Origin: Escherichia phage KS_S9
Direction: 5' to 3' (one strand)
Sequence record: PP920551.1
Length of the DNA stretch: 44,983 nt
Shown here: one piece after another, positions 44,958 through 44,983 of the stretch
How positions within the stretch are numbered: the first letter of the stretch is position 1
Layout of the letters: each line of letters starts with the position of its first letter
The notes under the pieces: generated by a model
What the model saw: only the letters and a program-made list of their open reading frames with translations
Database searches by the model: none
What the model was told of the DNA's origin: nothing
Program-made: the position numbers and the translations under genes

Positions 44958-44983
44958 CCCCTTAGATGGCAGGGCCGTCTCCT

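Noticed and set aside
1-44983. Integrase, repressor or attachment site indicating a prophage
   Set aside because: No tyrosine/serine recombinase-like or CI-like ORF seen; gene set and organisation fit a virulent phage. Absence is based on inspection only.

Overview
The window reads as a complete or near-complete, probably circularly permuted ~45 kb genome of a virulent tailed phage with a lambda/T1-type long-tail module. I saw no integrase, repressor, tRNA, rRNA or CRISPR array. All calls rest on reading the sequence and ORF translations by eye; no database search was run, so family names are motif-based. Plus strand 0-24 kb: small and large terminase, portal, head morphogenesis protein, an overlapped Rz/Rz1 spanin pair, scaffold, major capsid, head-tail joining proteins, major tail protein, G/GT chaperone with a -1 frameshift site, tape measure, M/L/K/I/J tail-tip proteins and a tail fibre with a C-terminal chaperone domain. 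Minus strand 24.1-36.7 kb: an early/replication unit with a repeat-rich acidic protein, DUF2800-like nuclease, DUF2815-like SSB, family-A DNA polymerase, VRR-NUC, helicase, Dcm-like and Dam-like methyltransferases, an HNH-like protein and a HAD-like phosphatase. Plus strand 37.1-44.9 kb: HTH protein, primase-helicase-like protein, small genes, holin-endolysin, metallophosphoesterase. Two minus-strand genes sit inside the late region: an orphan gene in the head module and a Cor-like lipoprotein before the fibre. The most unusual features are about 18 intergenic copies of ATTGGTTGCA/TGCAACCAAT built into sigma70-like promoters, a ~170 bp GGGACA-iteron plus hairpin element present twice, and a monocistronic early gene for an acidic repeat protein.
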